From the human T2T-CHM13v2.0 reference genome, Homo sapiens: a stretch of DNA of 64,000 bases. Below, piece after piece: positions 15,702 to 28,785 of the stretch (position 1 is the first letter of the stretch; each line of letters starts with the position of its first letter). A program made the position numbers and the translations under genes. The notes beneath the pieces are model-generated. The model ran no database searches. It was not told the DNA's origin and saw only the letters and a program-made list of their open reading frames with translations. The stretch lies in NCBI RefSeq assembly GCF_009914755.1, contig NC_060930.1; one strand, given 5' to 3'.

Positions 15702-16612
15702 TTTTTTAAAATTTTATTATTATTATACTTTAAGTTTTAGTGTATATGTGCACAACGTGCAGGTTTGTTACATATGTATACATGTGCCATGCTGGTATGC
15801 TGCACCCATTAACTCATCATTTAGCATTAGGTATATCTCCTAATGCTATCCCTCCCCCCTCCCCCCACCCCACAACAGTCCCCGGTGTGTGACGTTCCCC
15901 TTCCTGTGTCCATGTGTTCTCATTGTTCAATTCCCACCTATGAGTGACAACATGTGGTGTTTGGTTTTTTGTCCTTGAGATAGTTTGCTGAGAATGATGG
16001 TTTCCAGCTTCATCCATGGCCCTACAAAGGACATGAACTCATCATTTTTTATGGCTGCATAGTATTCCATGGTGTACATGTGCCACATTTTCTTAATCCA
16101 GTCTATCGCTGTTGGACATTTAGGTTGGTTCCAAGTCTTTGCTATTGTGAATAGTGCCGCTATAAACATACGTGTGCATGTGTCTTTATAGCAGCATGAT
16201 TTATAATCCTTTGGGTATATACCCAGTAATAGGATGGCTGGGTCAAATGGTATTTCTAGTTCTAGATCCCTGAGGAATCGCCACACTGACTTCCACAATG
16301 GTTGAACTAGTTTACAGTCCCACCAACAGTGTAAAAGTGTTCCTATTTCTCCACATCCTCTCCAGCACCTGTTGTTTCCTGACTTTTTAATGATCGCCAT
16401 TCTAACTGGTGTGAGATGGTATCTCATTGTGGTTTTGATTTGCATTTCTCTGATGGCCAGTGATGATGAGCATTTTTTCATGTGTTTTTTGGCTGCATAA
16501 ATGTCTTCTTTTAAGAAGTGTCTGTTCATATCCTTCGCCCACTTTTTGATGGGGTTGTTTGTTTTTTTCTTGTAAATTTGTTTGAGTTCATTGTAGATTC
16601 TGGGTATTAGCC
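15702..16612 (-). mobile_element. 5'-truncated L1PA3-like element; ORF2 C-terminal ~229 codons still open
   Basis: ORF 15927-16616 is the L1 ORF2p C-terminus (CWWDC...SLIGGN); 3'UTR diagnostics; perfect 19-bp TSD gcaaaggactaatattctt at 15683-15701 and 16613-16631. Confidence 0.97.
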
Positions 16613-17254
16613 GCAAAGGACTAATATTCTTAACTATTCTTTGGAGAAATTGTTTCTTCTCAATTATTTCTTATTTTGATCACAGACCTAATTTAGAAAA
16701 TGCTTTGAGATCGACAAAATCTCCAGTAGTGCAATTTATAACCCAACCTTATAGAAACTAGGCAGTAAGACTAAATAATTGTAGAGAAACACACCTGCAG
16801 AAATGATTTAACTGCCTGAACCAAAGACTTTTTATTAAATAGAAATTAAGATTGAAATAATTTGAGCTAATATCTTTAAGACTATTACAAATTTAATCTT
16901 ACTCAGTCAAGATCCTACAACAATGACCCATGTAGGTGGCCCATTGTCTATTTTTAGTCTTGGGAAAGGGGAAAATTCAAGCTTAGAGAGCTCCCTTGTC
17001 CACCAAGAAGCAAGACAGAGCAATACAGCAGGGAATAACTTAATGCTGCCCTTGGATTCTTCAATATGAGGTATATGGCATCAGGACACTGTAGGGATTT
17101 TCATGGGAGAGCCTAGAGGTAAAAAATGATTGCTTCTTTTGCCTTCTTTGAGTTGCAACACCATCATTTTTGGGAACACCATCTTGGAATGTACTTCACT
17201 TTAAAGAAATTTCTTGGTGATAATATCAATATCTGGTATAGCTTTCTTGTACAG

Positions 17255-17480
17255 GTCCACGAGCATCTACAACTTTGTACACATTAAATTAGAATATCCT
17301 GAAGAAAAAGGGTTAATATTGAAGTACCCAGCAGAAGACATGCCAGACACATTTCATTACCAGAAAAAACGGGAAGGCACTCATCCAGGAACTCATAAAA
17401 GATACTGCAGAGAATGTTGATTGGCAGTTTTTAGCCTCTGCATCTGGAGAGTTATTTATAGTCAAATCTTGATAATCATG
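17255..17480 (+). pseudogene. Fossil exon
   Basis: gctttcttgtacAG| ... ATG|GTAAAG; IYNFVHIKLEYPEEKGLILKYPAED, then in a shifted frame KALIQELIKDTAENVDWQFLASASGELFIVKS. Confidence 0.55.
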
Positions 17481-18449
17481 GTAAAGGAGAAAAGGGAAAG
17501 AATAGATTATTGAAACCATGCATCATTCACAAACCATTTTGAACAGTTGTTTTTAACTGCCACTTTCTATCAAAATTTCAACCAGATTTATTAACAAAGA
17601 GTCGATTTACAACTTCGTGTTTCTTTTTATGTCATCTGCTGACCCTCAGGAGTAAATGTCAAAGAACGGGTCAGAGCATCGTTGGGTAACCATAAACATA
17701 GGATAACAAACAAATGAACTATTATTATGAAAAAGTGACCGATTTACTTTGACCCTGCATGACCACATCATACAGCTTTAAAAGCTCGCAAAGAACAAAA
17801 CTTGAGCACTGAGCCTAATAGCTTGAGGAATACTTATATCACTTAACATACATCTTTTAAATCTCAAGTCATATGGTTTTTAAAAATTCAAGTTCACTCA
17901 AAACTAGCAAAGAGTAACTGACTAGAAAATAATTGTTGATCCTTTCACTTTTAAAAAAAACTTCTCTGAGTTAGGATATGTAGCCAAAAGACCAAGTCTC
18001 AGTAATTCTAGAAGTTTCTGAAAGATCTGTTTTATTAAGTCAGCCTGTTAGAAACAGCATCACTCAATGGACCGTTTGTTTTTGGACCTTATTTGGTAAA
18101 AGTCTTAGCACAGGAACTCTTCTTGGGACGTAAACCTGCTTTAATATTCGAATTTATTAGTAACGACTGATGATAGTAATACCACAAGTTTATCTGATGC
18201 CATAAACCAAATGGATTATGTTTAGGTTCTATCACCTATTAGAATTAGAGTAGGCTACTATTCTGTGCCCTCTAATTTGGTGTTGGCATCCAGAAAGCTG
18301 CACACTCAGCACATGAGTTCTAAGATGCCTATCAATTAAACTCCTCACCACAATAGAAAAGAATTGCTTTCAACAAGATGAGGATACTGTATTACATCTC
18401 TTTCCATTTAGAATGGATTTGCAATGTCATGTTCGATATTTTTTTGAAT

Positions 18450-18710
18450 GATAGCATTCATTGACTGCCTATTATACCCCATGCTTTATGCTATGCACTA
18501 TTCATGGAGGAGTTCATTTAATATCGACCCAAAACCCATGAAGCAAGTTCCATTAGTTCTATCATTAAATTCATTTACCAATGAGAAAATAGGGACTTAG
18601 AGAATAAGTGTACATTGCCTAAGAACACTCACCTATTAAGTGGTAGGCATGAGATATGACCCCAACTTTCTCACATTGGAACCTGAGCTCTTATCCATTA
18701 TTCTACACTG
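18450..18710 (-). mobile_element. MIRb SINE
   Basis: cattcattgactgcctattat...catttaccaatgagaaaatagggacttagaga...ttgcctaagaacac...gctcttatccatta. Confidence 0.75.
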
Positions 18711-18816
18711 AAACCTATTTCATTGCAACAGAAGATGTTGTATTTGATAACATTAAACAGGCTAGGAATAATACATCTTCAACATATAGGTAACTGAAAT
18801 GCATAAATTTCTTTAG

Positions 18817-19050
18817 GTGAATCTGACTCCAAATTGTTGCAGCATACCACTATAGTAGCTCAAAAAGAGCAAAATCACTAATGAGAGGATAAAGGAAACA
18901 AAACATAGGTTATGAAAAACAACACAGCCTTGGAGAAGTTGCAATGTAGGCAACTTGATGGAGAAGAAAGAGAGGAAGCAATGGGCCTCCAAAAAGAGTT
19001 GGTACCCTATTACAGAAGTGCTTGAGAAGGCACCACCAGTGTATGGCATA
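18817..19050 (+). pseudogene. Fossil exon (3' end uncertain)
   Basis: tttctttAG|; GESDSKLLQHTTIVAQKEQNH**EDKGNKT*VMKNNTALEKLQCRQLDGEEREEAMGLQKELVPYYRSA*. Confidence 0.45.
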
Positions 19051-19911
19051 TGTGATGGTTGTCACTGTAATTATTTCTATACTATTGCATCTGAGAGTGG
19101 ATCCTTCCAAAAGTAAAAAATCAACTCTATTTTCTACTTCTCTTTCCCCATTATATCTCATCCTCTACTCTTATTTTTAATTAACTCAGAATAAAATTTT
19201 TGAATCTCTCATCTAGCCCACAGTTAAAGTGTTGACATACCACTTGTTGAAAGTAATTCATCTTCAGTTTATAAATTCAGAAACCAATTGGTAGCCCTCA
19301 GATCATCATGAAATTGACTAGGTTTTCATCATCAAGTCTCTTGCTCATCTGACAGGACTATGCATCCAAATGGCACCATTATTCCTGATATTCTTTTTCT
19401 GCTGATAACAAAGTTTTAAAGTTTTTAGAATTGAGAGCTTTCTCTGGAACAATGTTTTCTATGTAAACCAAGAAAAAAGGAGAGACACATAAATTATAGG
19501 TGTGTAGTTTTGATGAGATAAACACACCTTGAAGCCTAGTATTTAGTAGCATAAGAACCTTATGAGAAACTACTTTTTGACTTGAGGAAAAGTAATAGAA
19601 CAAAGGTAATCCCTGATGACTGAATGTAAAAGTTTTTAAATTTTTGTTGTCTCTCTGCACATAGAAAAAAATCCCTCTAATCCCAAACTACTGGTTTGGA
19701 AAGTGAGCTGTAAAGTGGGCGATTTTAGTACATTCTCCTACTCAGAAACACTGTTAAAACAGAAGCAATGGGATTTGAGAGCAAAGGGCCTTCTGTTCAT
19801 CTATAAGCTTTCATTTGGATCACTGAGTTTACTTTTTGTGACTACATGGACTCTTTAAAAAATAATAATTCATATTTACTTCAAATTTTTATGTTCTTAA
19901 ATTGTTTTTAG

Positions 19912-20014
19912 TAAAAAAAAAATAGTGTCTAAAGAATTGGATCAGTGAATGCAGATGAAAGTTTGAATTTGTATTGGATGATGCTTTAAACTACAAAACA
20001 GATATAATTCTATG
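19912..20014 (+). pseudogene. Fossil exon
   Basis: ttgtttttAG| ... ATG|GTCAGA; ends KFEFVLDDALNYKTDIIL in phase 2. Confidence 0.5.
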
Positions 20015-20599
20015 GTCAGAGGGATTGAACTTGAATTGTTTTTAAAAAGAAACTTGAATATTGGACAGTTTTCAATACTGTTTATAGCAATAATATCATG
20101 TAAATGTGGAAATAACTTCTTCAGTTTGTCCCAATCTCATCACCTGGGGGTGAAGTTTTATTTTTATATCCTCTATGTTATTAAATGATAACATTTAGTA
20201 AAGTCACATTTCATTGTGACTGACAATATCTTATGAGAACAGAGCTTAACAAAACAAAGCTGAAAGAAGAGTTTTGGCTTTGCTTCATATTTCATTTCCT
20301 GTCCATAGCTTATTGTTATCAAGGATGGAGAGCCTTTTTACATTCTTTAGAACAGAGAGTTCATTTACCATTAGTAGATATTTATACCAGAGTGAGTGAA
20401 CAAATGAAACTGTAGCTTTTAACAATAATGAAATAGCCCATTTAAGACAGTCTTCTCTTCAGTCACTTTTGGGGTAACTAAAGCTTGAGTTAAGATGGCT
20501 CTATTACACCAAACTATTTGACTTATTTTTTTTTGAACATTTTGACCCTCAAATATGTATCAGACCTTTCTTTTTCAATTATTTTACTTTATACTAAAG

Positions 20600-20632
20600 A
20601 TTATCAAATTCCAGGATAAAATTTCCAACAAG
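20600..20632 (+). pseudogene. Fossil exon (33 nt)
   Basis: AG| ... AAG|GTAAGA; open in phase 2: LSNSRIKFPT. Confidence 0.55.
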
Positions 20633-20752
20633 GTAAGAATAAAAGTTGAAGGATTGTGGTCAATAGAAAGATCATTGGTTTGTTAGGGTTTTGCCCCTTG
20701 CTGACTTTAAAAAACCATTTACTGGATTTTGAAGTGAATTTTCCACTCACAG

Positions 20753-20836
20753 AAAAAGGACTTATGGAAAAATAACATTCATGTGGGAAAAAAAAAAAAT
20801 CAACTCACTGCTGCATCATCATCTCTACAAGGACAG
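20753..20836 (+). pseudogene. Fossil exon (84 nt)
   Basis: ttttccactcacAG| ... CAG|GTAAGG; open in phase 2: KRTYGKITFMWEKKKINSLLHHHLYKD. Confidence 0.6.
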
Positions 20837-20971
20837 GTAAGGGAAAAAGCACTTATTATTTCTCTGGCTGTAATCAAAGAGATTAAGAGAAATTTTAATG
20901 GAGCACATTTTTGTTTTAAAAAAGAGAGAAGAGGCACAGTTTGAAACCATCAAGGATTACTTCCTGTATAG

Positions 20972-21034
20972 AAGAAGTCAGCTGCATGCATACAATAGCG
21001 AAGAAGCTACGTTCCCTCCTGGAGCCAGACCAAG
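20972..21034 (+). pseudogene. Fossil exon (63 nt)
   Basis: ttacttcctgtatAG| ... AAG|GTCAGG; open in phase 2: RSQLHAYNSEEATFPPGARP. Confidence 0.55.
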
Positions 21035-22545
21035 GTCAGGAATTTCAATTGTGATTCCTGACTCATGGAAAATTCTGACGCATTTTATATGTGTGAGGCT
21101 AGGTACATGCAAACCCACCAATTCATTAGCACCATCAGTGTTTTCACTCATTACTTCTTTTTTTTTTTGAAACTAAGAAAGAGCATAAGTGGAGGAATGC
21201 TAAATTTATAATACATTAGAACACAACCTCCCCTCCTGATTCCTCCCTCTTAGTTTTAAGACTTTCTCTGATATTCATGCTATTAGGGTTTGTCCCACAG
21301 TCTCAAGGTCAAATACTAGCAAGTGTTCTTAGTTGTTTCAAGCTATTTAAAACTAATTGTATTTAAGTCATTGCATATATTATTTATGGGAATGTAAACT
21401 GTTGCAATTGTTTTGAATGGCAATTTGGCAGTATCTATCGAAATATCTCCTCTGCCAAGAGACTTCCAGTTTCAGCTCTGATGTGTAAAGAGCTTGGAAG
21501 CTGTCATTTCCATCCTTACAACAAGATCAAACTGAAAAACTGAAAATTATCAACTTTTCTTGGACCCATCAGAGACGTGAGGAACAAACTCTGTTCCCAT
21601 TATCCCTGCAAAATTCTGGAATCCAGAAATGAGTCCAGCTGAGATCTGCTCACTGGAAGCAGCTGCCTCCGGAGTTCACAAACTGGTAAGAACGCTTAGA
21701 TGGCAATTCTGACAAATTGCTAGAGGCTGAGTGTGCATTTGCCTAGGAATGAGAAACTCTTAGGAGTCATGACCTTAGGGTTGAAACACACAAACTCTCT
21801 CTGAGCAGGAGTACTCCGGGAAGCCAAAACTGAAGAAGAGACCAAAAAAAGTACACTAGAGGAATTTGAAGCCTCTGGCACCTTAATTACCTCAGATATT
21901 AAACACAGCCCAGCACCTAGCAGATTAGCATAAAACCTCACACTAGAGATCAATATACCTCTGTCCCTATTACCCAGTATGACACATCTGGCTTTCCACA
22001 CACACAAAAAAAAAATTGTAAGGCAAACCAAATGCAAGAAAACGCACAATCTAGAAAGATAAAGCAGCCTCAAAACCAGGCTCAGATATGACGCAGACAT
22101 TGAAATCAACAGACAGGGAATTTAAAATAGCTATGATTAAAATCTGAGGGTACTAATGTAAAAAATAGATAACATGCAAGAACAGATGGGTAATTTAAGT
22201 GGAGAAATGTAAACTCTAAGAAAGAATAAAAAATACTAAAAAGAAAAAACACGAAGATAAATGAAGGATACCTTTGAGAGGCTTATTGGTAGACTGGAAA
22301 TAGCTGAGAGAAGAATCAGTGAGCCTAAGTTAGATTAACAGAAACTTCTCAAACAGAAATGCAAGGAAACAAAAGAATTTTTAAAAATAGAACAGAATAT
22401 CCAAGAACTGTAGGATAATTTCAAAAGGCATAGCATACATGTAATTGGAATACCAGAGGAAGAAGAAAGAGAGAATGGAGCAGAAGAAATATTTGAAGTA
22501 ATAATGGCCAAGAATTTTCCAAAATTAATGACCAACACCAAGCTA

Positions 22546-23019
<474 letters not shown>

Positions 23020-23110
23020 TCACCTCATCTACAGAGGAATAGGAATAAAAATTATAGTGGACTTGCCCTTAAAACCAGCATAAGCTGGAAGAGAATAGAT
23101 TGAAATATTC

Positions 23111-23436
23111 TTTTTGTTTGTTTGGTTGGTTTGTTGTTGTTGTTGTTGTTTTTTGAGACAGAGTCTCACTCTGTCACCCAGGTTGGAGTGTAATGGTGCA
23201 ATTTCGGCTCGTTGGAATCTCTGCCTCCCGGGTTCAAGCAATCCTCATGCCTCAACCTTCTGAGTGTCTGGGATTACAGATGTGTGCCACCACATCTGAC
23301 TAACTTTTTGTATTTTTAGTAGAGAAGGGGTTTCACCTTGTTGGCCAGGCTGGTCTCAAACTCAGGGACTCAAGTGATCTGCCACCTTGGCCTTTCAAAG
23401 TGCTGGAATTACAGGTGTGAGCCACCGTGGCTGGCC
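23111..23436 (-). mobile_element. AluS
   Basis: Full dimer with (GTT)n tail; TSD tgaaatattc at 23101-23110 and 23437-23446. Confidence 0.93.
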
Positions 23437-23694
23437 TGAAATATTCAAGATGTTGAACAATAACAACAGCAAAAAACACTAACCTTGAATTTATACCCAT
23501 TGAAATTATCTTTCAAAAGTGAAGGAGAAATAAAAACTTTCTCTAATAAACAATAACTGAAGGAATTTATTGCCAGAAGACTTGTCCTGCAAAAAAAATG
23601 TTAAAAGGATGGAAAAGGGATAGAAAAGAAGTTTGATTTTACAAGTGAAGAAATCTGACTGTTATTTCTCGTGTACTACTTGCATATACTGAAG

Positions 23695-23743
23695 GCTGAT
23701 ACCATAGGGAACTATCATATCACAAAACAATCTCTGAGCCTGA
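23695..23743 (+). pseudogene. Fossil exon (49 nt)
   Basis: AG| ... TGA|GTATGT; phase 2 reads LIP*GTIISQNNL*A* (all three stops are C>T from CAG/CGA) and links in frame to the 26108 exon. Confidence 0.35.
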
Positions 23744-23974
23744 GTATGTATTTGCATTGTGATGCTCAGTGTGTTGGTAAAATGGGTAGCAGAAATAGTC
23801 CTGGAACCCATGACCTCTATTAGGATTGTTTGCAACATACTTATATACAGAGTGATTGCACTCATAAATATATCCTTCTAAACCAAGGCTCAATGTATAC
23901 CCAAATAAACTTTCCTTACCCAGAGCTCAAAAGTGATCACAGTCCCCATGAAATGCAAGGTGATCTGTGATAAA

Positions 23975-24172
23975 GGAGATGTCTGAGTGGAAATACACAA
24001 CAATATTAATTAGTTATGGTTAAAAAGTCTTACCTTTGCAAATCTTATAAAAATATACAACAGTTTGAATACATTTTTAGGGTCCTTTCCTGAGCCTTTG
24101 GAAGGCACCCACATGAACAGTGAGGGGCCCTAAAGCTTCAGCTTCATTAACTTCCTAGTAAATCCACTTGTG
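23975..24172 (-). mobile_element. MER53 DNA transposon
   Basis: gtgaggggccctaaagcttcagcttcattaacttcctagtaaatccac is the reverse complement of the MER53 5' end. Confidence 0.75.
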
Positions 24173-24214
24173 TTCTTTGTGCTTTGGGTTTATGCCCTTT
24201 AAAATTTCATTTAT

Positions 24215-25362
24215 TTTTGGCTACTATGAATAAGGCTGCTATAAAAATTAATGTACAGGTTTTTATGTGAACTTAAGTTTTCATTTCTCTGGGATAAATG
24301 CCCAAAAGTGTAATTGCTAGGTCATATGGTAAGCACATGTTTAGCTTTTTAAGGAACTGCCATAATCTTTTTCAGAGAAGCTGTGCCATTTTGCATTCCC
24401 ATGCGTGACGAATGGCAAACCAGTTTCTCTACATCCTGACCGGCATTTGTCATGGTCAACATTTTTTGTTTTAGTCATTCTGATAAGTATATAGTGATAT
24501 CTCACTGTGGCTTTATTTTGTATTTTCTAAAAAAGAATGATGTTGAACATCTTTTTATATATTCATTTGTCAACCATGTATCTTCTCCGGTAAAATGTTT
24601 GTTCATATCTTCCACCCATTTTCTAACTGTTTTGCTCATTTTTTACTGTTGATTTATTTGTATATTTTAGATACGAGTTCTTTTTTGGACATGTGGTTGG
24701 AAAATATTTTCTCTGAGACTGTGGCTTATCTTTTTATTCTCTTTGCAGAGTCTTTAGCAAAAAAACAAAACAAAACAAAAAACTCTCTCCTGAAAACAAC
24801 CCAAACATTCCTTCAATGGGTGAAAAGTTAAACATCTACGCTACATATATGCCTTGGAATACTATTCAGCATTAAAAAGGAATGAACTGTTGGTACATGT
24901 TAAAACTTGGATGGATCTCTTCACTTGTTGAGTGAAAAAGCCAATCTCAAAAAGTTATATACCATATTATTTCATTTGTATAATCTTCTTGAAATGACAA
25001 GATTATAGAGATGGAGAACAAATTAGTGATTGTCAGAGATTGTCAGGGGAGGGAAGTGGCCGTGACTATAGAAGGTTAGCACAAAGCATCCTTGTGATGG
25101 AAGTCCTCCATATCTTCACTGTGGTGGTGCTCACACAAATCTTCACCTATGATAACATTGCATAGAACTAAATACACAAACTAATGAGTGCATACAAAAT
25201 TGGTGAATCTGTAAAAGATTAGTGGATTATATTAACGCCAATTTCAGTCATGCAAAACATTACTATTATTGAGGGAAACGGGGTGAAGGATATACAGGAT
25301 TTTTCTGTATTATGTCCTAAAAATGCATGCAAATCTATAATTGGTTTTCAAAAAATTTTTCT
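24215..25362 (+). mobile_element. L1MD-like element with 5' inversion (24215-~24765 antisense, ~24790-25362 sense)
   Basis: The antisense ORF2 3' part ends (reverse complement) at ...tagtagccaaaa; the sense part resumes at ...aaacaacccaaa and runs through an L1MD-type 3'UTR. Confidence 0.8.
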
Positions 25363-25589
25363 TAAATCCGTTGTCATTTTTGAAGGGTTTCACTAGAGAA
25401 TAGAGAGCAAGTGGGTGTGTTTGCGCTACCATGCTTAGCTGGAAGTTTGTGCCAAAAAATCTTTAAAGGAATACATTTATATTCTGGAATATTCAGAAGA
25501 ATAGGCAGAGCTCCCAAGGAAATTTAATAGCAGTTACTTTGGATGTAAAAAGTATATGTGAAAAATACATATAAAAATAATAAAAAGCT

Positions 25590-26100
25590 TAGATAACAAA
25601 CAAAACCAATAGCAGATGGTACGTTTAAATTCAACCATACCAACAATAACATTAAATATAAATAGACACACCAATTAAAAGTTAGAGAGTATCAGATTGG
25701 ACAAAAAGCAAGACCCAGCTATATGCTTCCCACAAAAATTCTACTTAAAATGTAAAGAAGTTAATAGGTTAAAAGTAAGAGACTGGAAAAAGATACTATC
25801 CTAAAATTAGTCCAAAGAAAGCTAGAATGGCTATCTTAATACCAGAAAAATACATTTCGGCACAAAGAATATTACATGGATAATGAAGTTTATTTTATTA
25901 TGATAATGACAACTGCTAATCAAGGGGATACACATATTGTAAATATTTATGCATCTAATAACAAAGCTTCAAAATGCATGAGGCAAAACCTATAAAATTG
26001 CAAAGAAAAACAGACAAATCTACAATGTAGCTGGAGATTTCAACACCAGTCTCTCAATAATTAACAGAACAAGTAAACAGGAGATGAAGAAGGATATAAA
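25590..26100 (+). mobile_element. L1M ORF2 endonuclease-region fragment
   Basis: aataacattaaatataaataga...gcaagacccagctatatgc...ggagatttcaacacc. Confidence 0.8.
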
Positions 26101-26107
26101 AGTTTAG

Positions 26108-26446
26108 GTCTTTGAAGAATTTATCAAAGATTGCAAATTTTTAGGGCGATGACCTTATTGAATATACCAGTGTTGACCATATTCATCAAGTTAGCAAAAC
26201 AGAGATAATGTGTTCAAATCATTTATGCTATTGGTTGCTACACATCTTCTTTACCAGTGTAGTTTTTGTGACCATATGAATTCTCAGAAATCCAAAACTG
26301 TTATTGAACCTGCAGTGCCCCAGCACATGGGCTATATTTATAATTTAATGGTTGTCCCATTGCTTATGTACTTGCAAGATCCCAATCTGAGCCAAGTGAT
26401 CCTGAACACTGCTGTTTCCCTCACCATGGTCATCTACTCCCATTAG
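26108..26446 (+). pseudogene. Large fossil exon with frameshifts (3' end uncertain)
   Basis: VFEEFIKDCKFLG / DDLIEYTSVDH / RDNVFKSFMLLVATHLLYQCSFCDHMNSQKSKTVIEPAVPQHMGYIYNLMVVPLLMYLQDP (ORF 26210-26446). Confidence 0.55.
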
Positions 26447-27046
26447 AGTCCGGGACTGAGAGAAATCTTCAAGCTCTGTAGGGCAAATTTAGTCAATGTG
26501 TGTTAGGCCCAGAAAAGGGCCTGGAACATCTGGGTAAAATATTGATAAAAAGAAATCAAAGAGAAAAATTAAGGATTGGTAGAGATGTCAAGTGTGATAC
26601 AAGTCAGAAGGATCCAAGGATGAAATAAGAAACAGGATGCAACTCAAAGCAATTTAAAAGCAAAGAGAGGAGATTTTGATGGATTCTTATAACCATATGA
26701 TAGACTCCTTTTACCTCGGACAATCTCATTTACAAAATCCTAGATGGAGAATTTAGATTATTTGGGTGACTAAGGTGAGGAATAAATTTATTTGTGATCT
26801 GTTTTAAGTGCTTATCACTGCAGAGTTTCTGTGAAAGTACATTGATAGAATTCAGATGACCTCGCTTAAAATTTCATGAAAGTCAGTTTCTGTAAGACCC
26901 TGCTCACTGTTTTGGCTTGAAAAGTCATTTAAACTCTTTGAATTGCAATTTTTTTGCCTAGAAAATATAAATAGTAATATTAAGTAACTGATGAAGTCGC
27001 TTTATGCAAATATAATGTATTAGAAATAATAAGTTATGCTATGGAG

Positions 27047-27255
27047 CAGCACTGTCCAATAGAACTTCCTTCAACGACAGAAATAATCAATACTTTATGC
27101 TATTCAATACGGTGGCCACTAACCACATGTGGCTACTGAGCATTTGAAATTTGGCTAGTAAAACTGAAGAACTAAATTTTTAATGTCATAAATTCTAACT
27201 AATTTAAATTTAAATAGTTACCTGTAGCTAGTGGCTACCATATTGGACAACACAG
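27047..27255 (+). mobile_element. MER3 (hAT-Charlie)
   Basis: cagcactgtccaatagaactt...gctagtggctaccatattggacaacacag with terminal inverted repeats. Confidence 0.9.
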
Positions 27256-27484
27256 GTAAAGAGCTCAAGAAAAACATTCCAATTCATTTTTTTGGATCCT
27301 GTTTCACATGCAGTAAGAATGTCAGAAAGTTTATCTAGCACAGCTATATTAATTTCCATTTACATAAAGAAACAGAAAAATATCTGGCTTTTAAATTCCT
27401 GACTTTATGCTCCTAAATGCAGTAGAAAATATTCCCATTAGAGTGATTTTGCAATTTTCTACTGTTCCACTGTTTATACCGCAG

Positions 27485-27579
27485 CTTGAATCTTGAATCT
27501 AGAAAACAGGCTGAGAAGTATATTGTCTCTCACTTGGCTGTAGGTGAAGGGCTTCACATATTTTTCTTACAGTTCTAAG
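27485..27579 (+). pseudogene. Fossil exon
   Basis: Pyrimidine tract ...ccgcAG| ... AAG|GTAACA; LNLESRKQAEKYIVSHLAVGEGLHIFFLQF*. Confidence 0.55.
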
Positions 27580-27966
27580 GTAACAATAAACACCTTAGAC
27601 TCAATAACTGTCCCTAAGGTTCTAGGCACAATGAAGGCCCGAAAGGCCATCACTAATAAGCTGCTTCATGGAATGGAGTGTCATTTATGAGCAGGTCTCT
27701 TGGGGAGATGCTGAGATTTTTGTTTTTGGACAGTGTTACAACTTATCCCTCTGGGATGATTTAGGAATGGTTCCAACAAAAGACAAGTAAATAGAATGAT
27801 AGTCCTCCAGGTCAATTAAGTAGCCTCCATATTTCTGGAAAGGTTAATTTGACTTTTAGTCAGCCCAACCCTTGCCCTTGGTTTTATTGGAGTATTCTTT
27901 CTACTAATATATCTTTCACCTGTGCCTTCAGCTTTTGGCGTTTGTGTGGGTGTGTTCTTATTTCAG

Positions 27967-28055
27967 ATCACATTAGTGGAACAATTTTCACATGATTTGA
28001 AAATAGTTGGCTGAGTGAAAAAGAAAATCAATAGCTAGCAAGAATAAAGCTAATG
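27967..28055 (+). pseudogene. Fossil exon
   Basis: gttcttatttcAG| ... ATG|GTTTGT; phase 1 reads DHISGTIFT*FENSWLSEKENQ*LARIKLM. Confidence 0.45.
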
Positions 28056-28307
28056 GTTTGTCCATATTCCTATGTTCCTTATGTCTTTTAACTGAAAAGT
28101 AGGAGGTAGAATCCTCTTTGTATTTAGTCATTTAGAAATAAGAAAACCTGGTTATATACTTTAGCAGGTGAAGGGTCCTCTGAATCACCTTTTCTGTGAG
28201 TACACTTGCAGAATTTTAGTTTCTATCTGTGTATCGGCTCTGGATATTTGGTGCCAAGTAGCTAAATCACTTCAAACAACTGACTCAATTTTCAACCTTT
28301 CATCCAG

Positions 28308-28369
28308 ATAATACAAAAAGAATCTCTCTGGGTTTGATAGCAACTTGAGTTTCAAAGCTTATAGGGTTG
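28308..28369 (+). pseudogene. Fossil exon (62 nt)
   Basis: ttttcaacctttcatccAG| ... TTG|GTAAGT; strong splice sites, frame ambiguous. Confidence 0.45.
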
Positions 28370-28785
28370 GTAAGTTATTCCATTTACTTTGATTCTTTTA
28401 TACTGGGAAAGAAAATGCACTGTGCCTATCTCAACCTTTCCATTTATTGTTACTGATTATTGTTATTATCTCCCCTTTCCAACATTTTCACATGCTTTAA
28501 TAAAAACAATTTTAATATCACTCAATAGATTTTCCTTTACTAAAGATTTCTGGGCAATTGTTTTCTATATTATTTTATGCATTTACTTCATTAAATAACT
28601 ATACTGTTTTATTGTTTATTATACTCCTATACAAAAAAAATCAATGGGAGTTGGGGAGGAAGTGATTAGAACATACACTTTATAGCTAATTTAGGTAATA
28701 TATTATTGCATTTTCTTTGCAAGATTTTCATTGACATTTCTTAGTAGAATATCTCCCATCTTAGGACTATTCCACCATAACAAGT

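Noticed and set aside
17400-17470. WQFLASASG resembling the CACHD1/alpha2delta VWA_N motif
   Set aside because: No downstream VWA MIDAS motif in later exons; the RGS22-type FL.GT.GE reading fits the context better
26108-26200. FIKDCKFLGDDLIEYTSVD resembling a p25-alpha/TPPP motif
   Set aside because: Needs extra frameshifts; VFEEFIK fits better as the terminal helix of the preceding RGS-like unit (not fully excluded)
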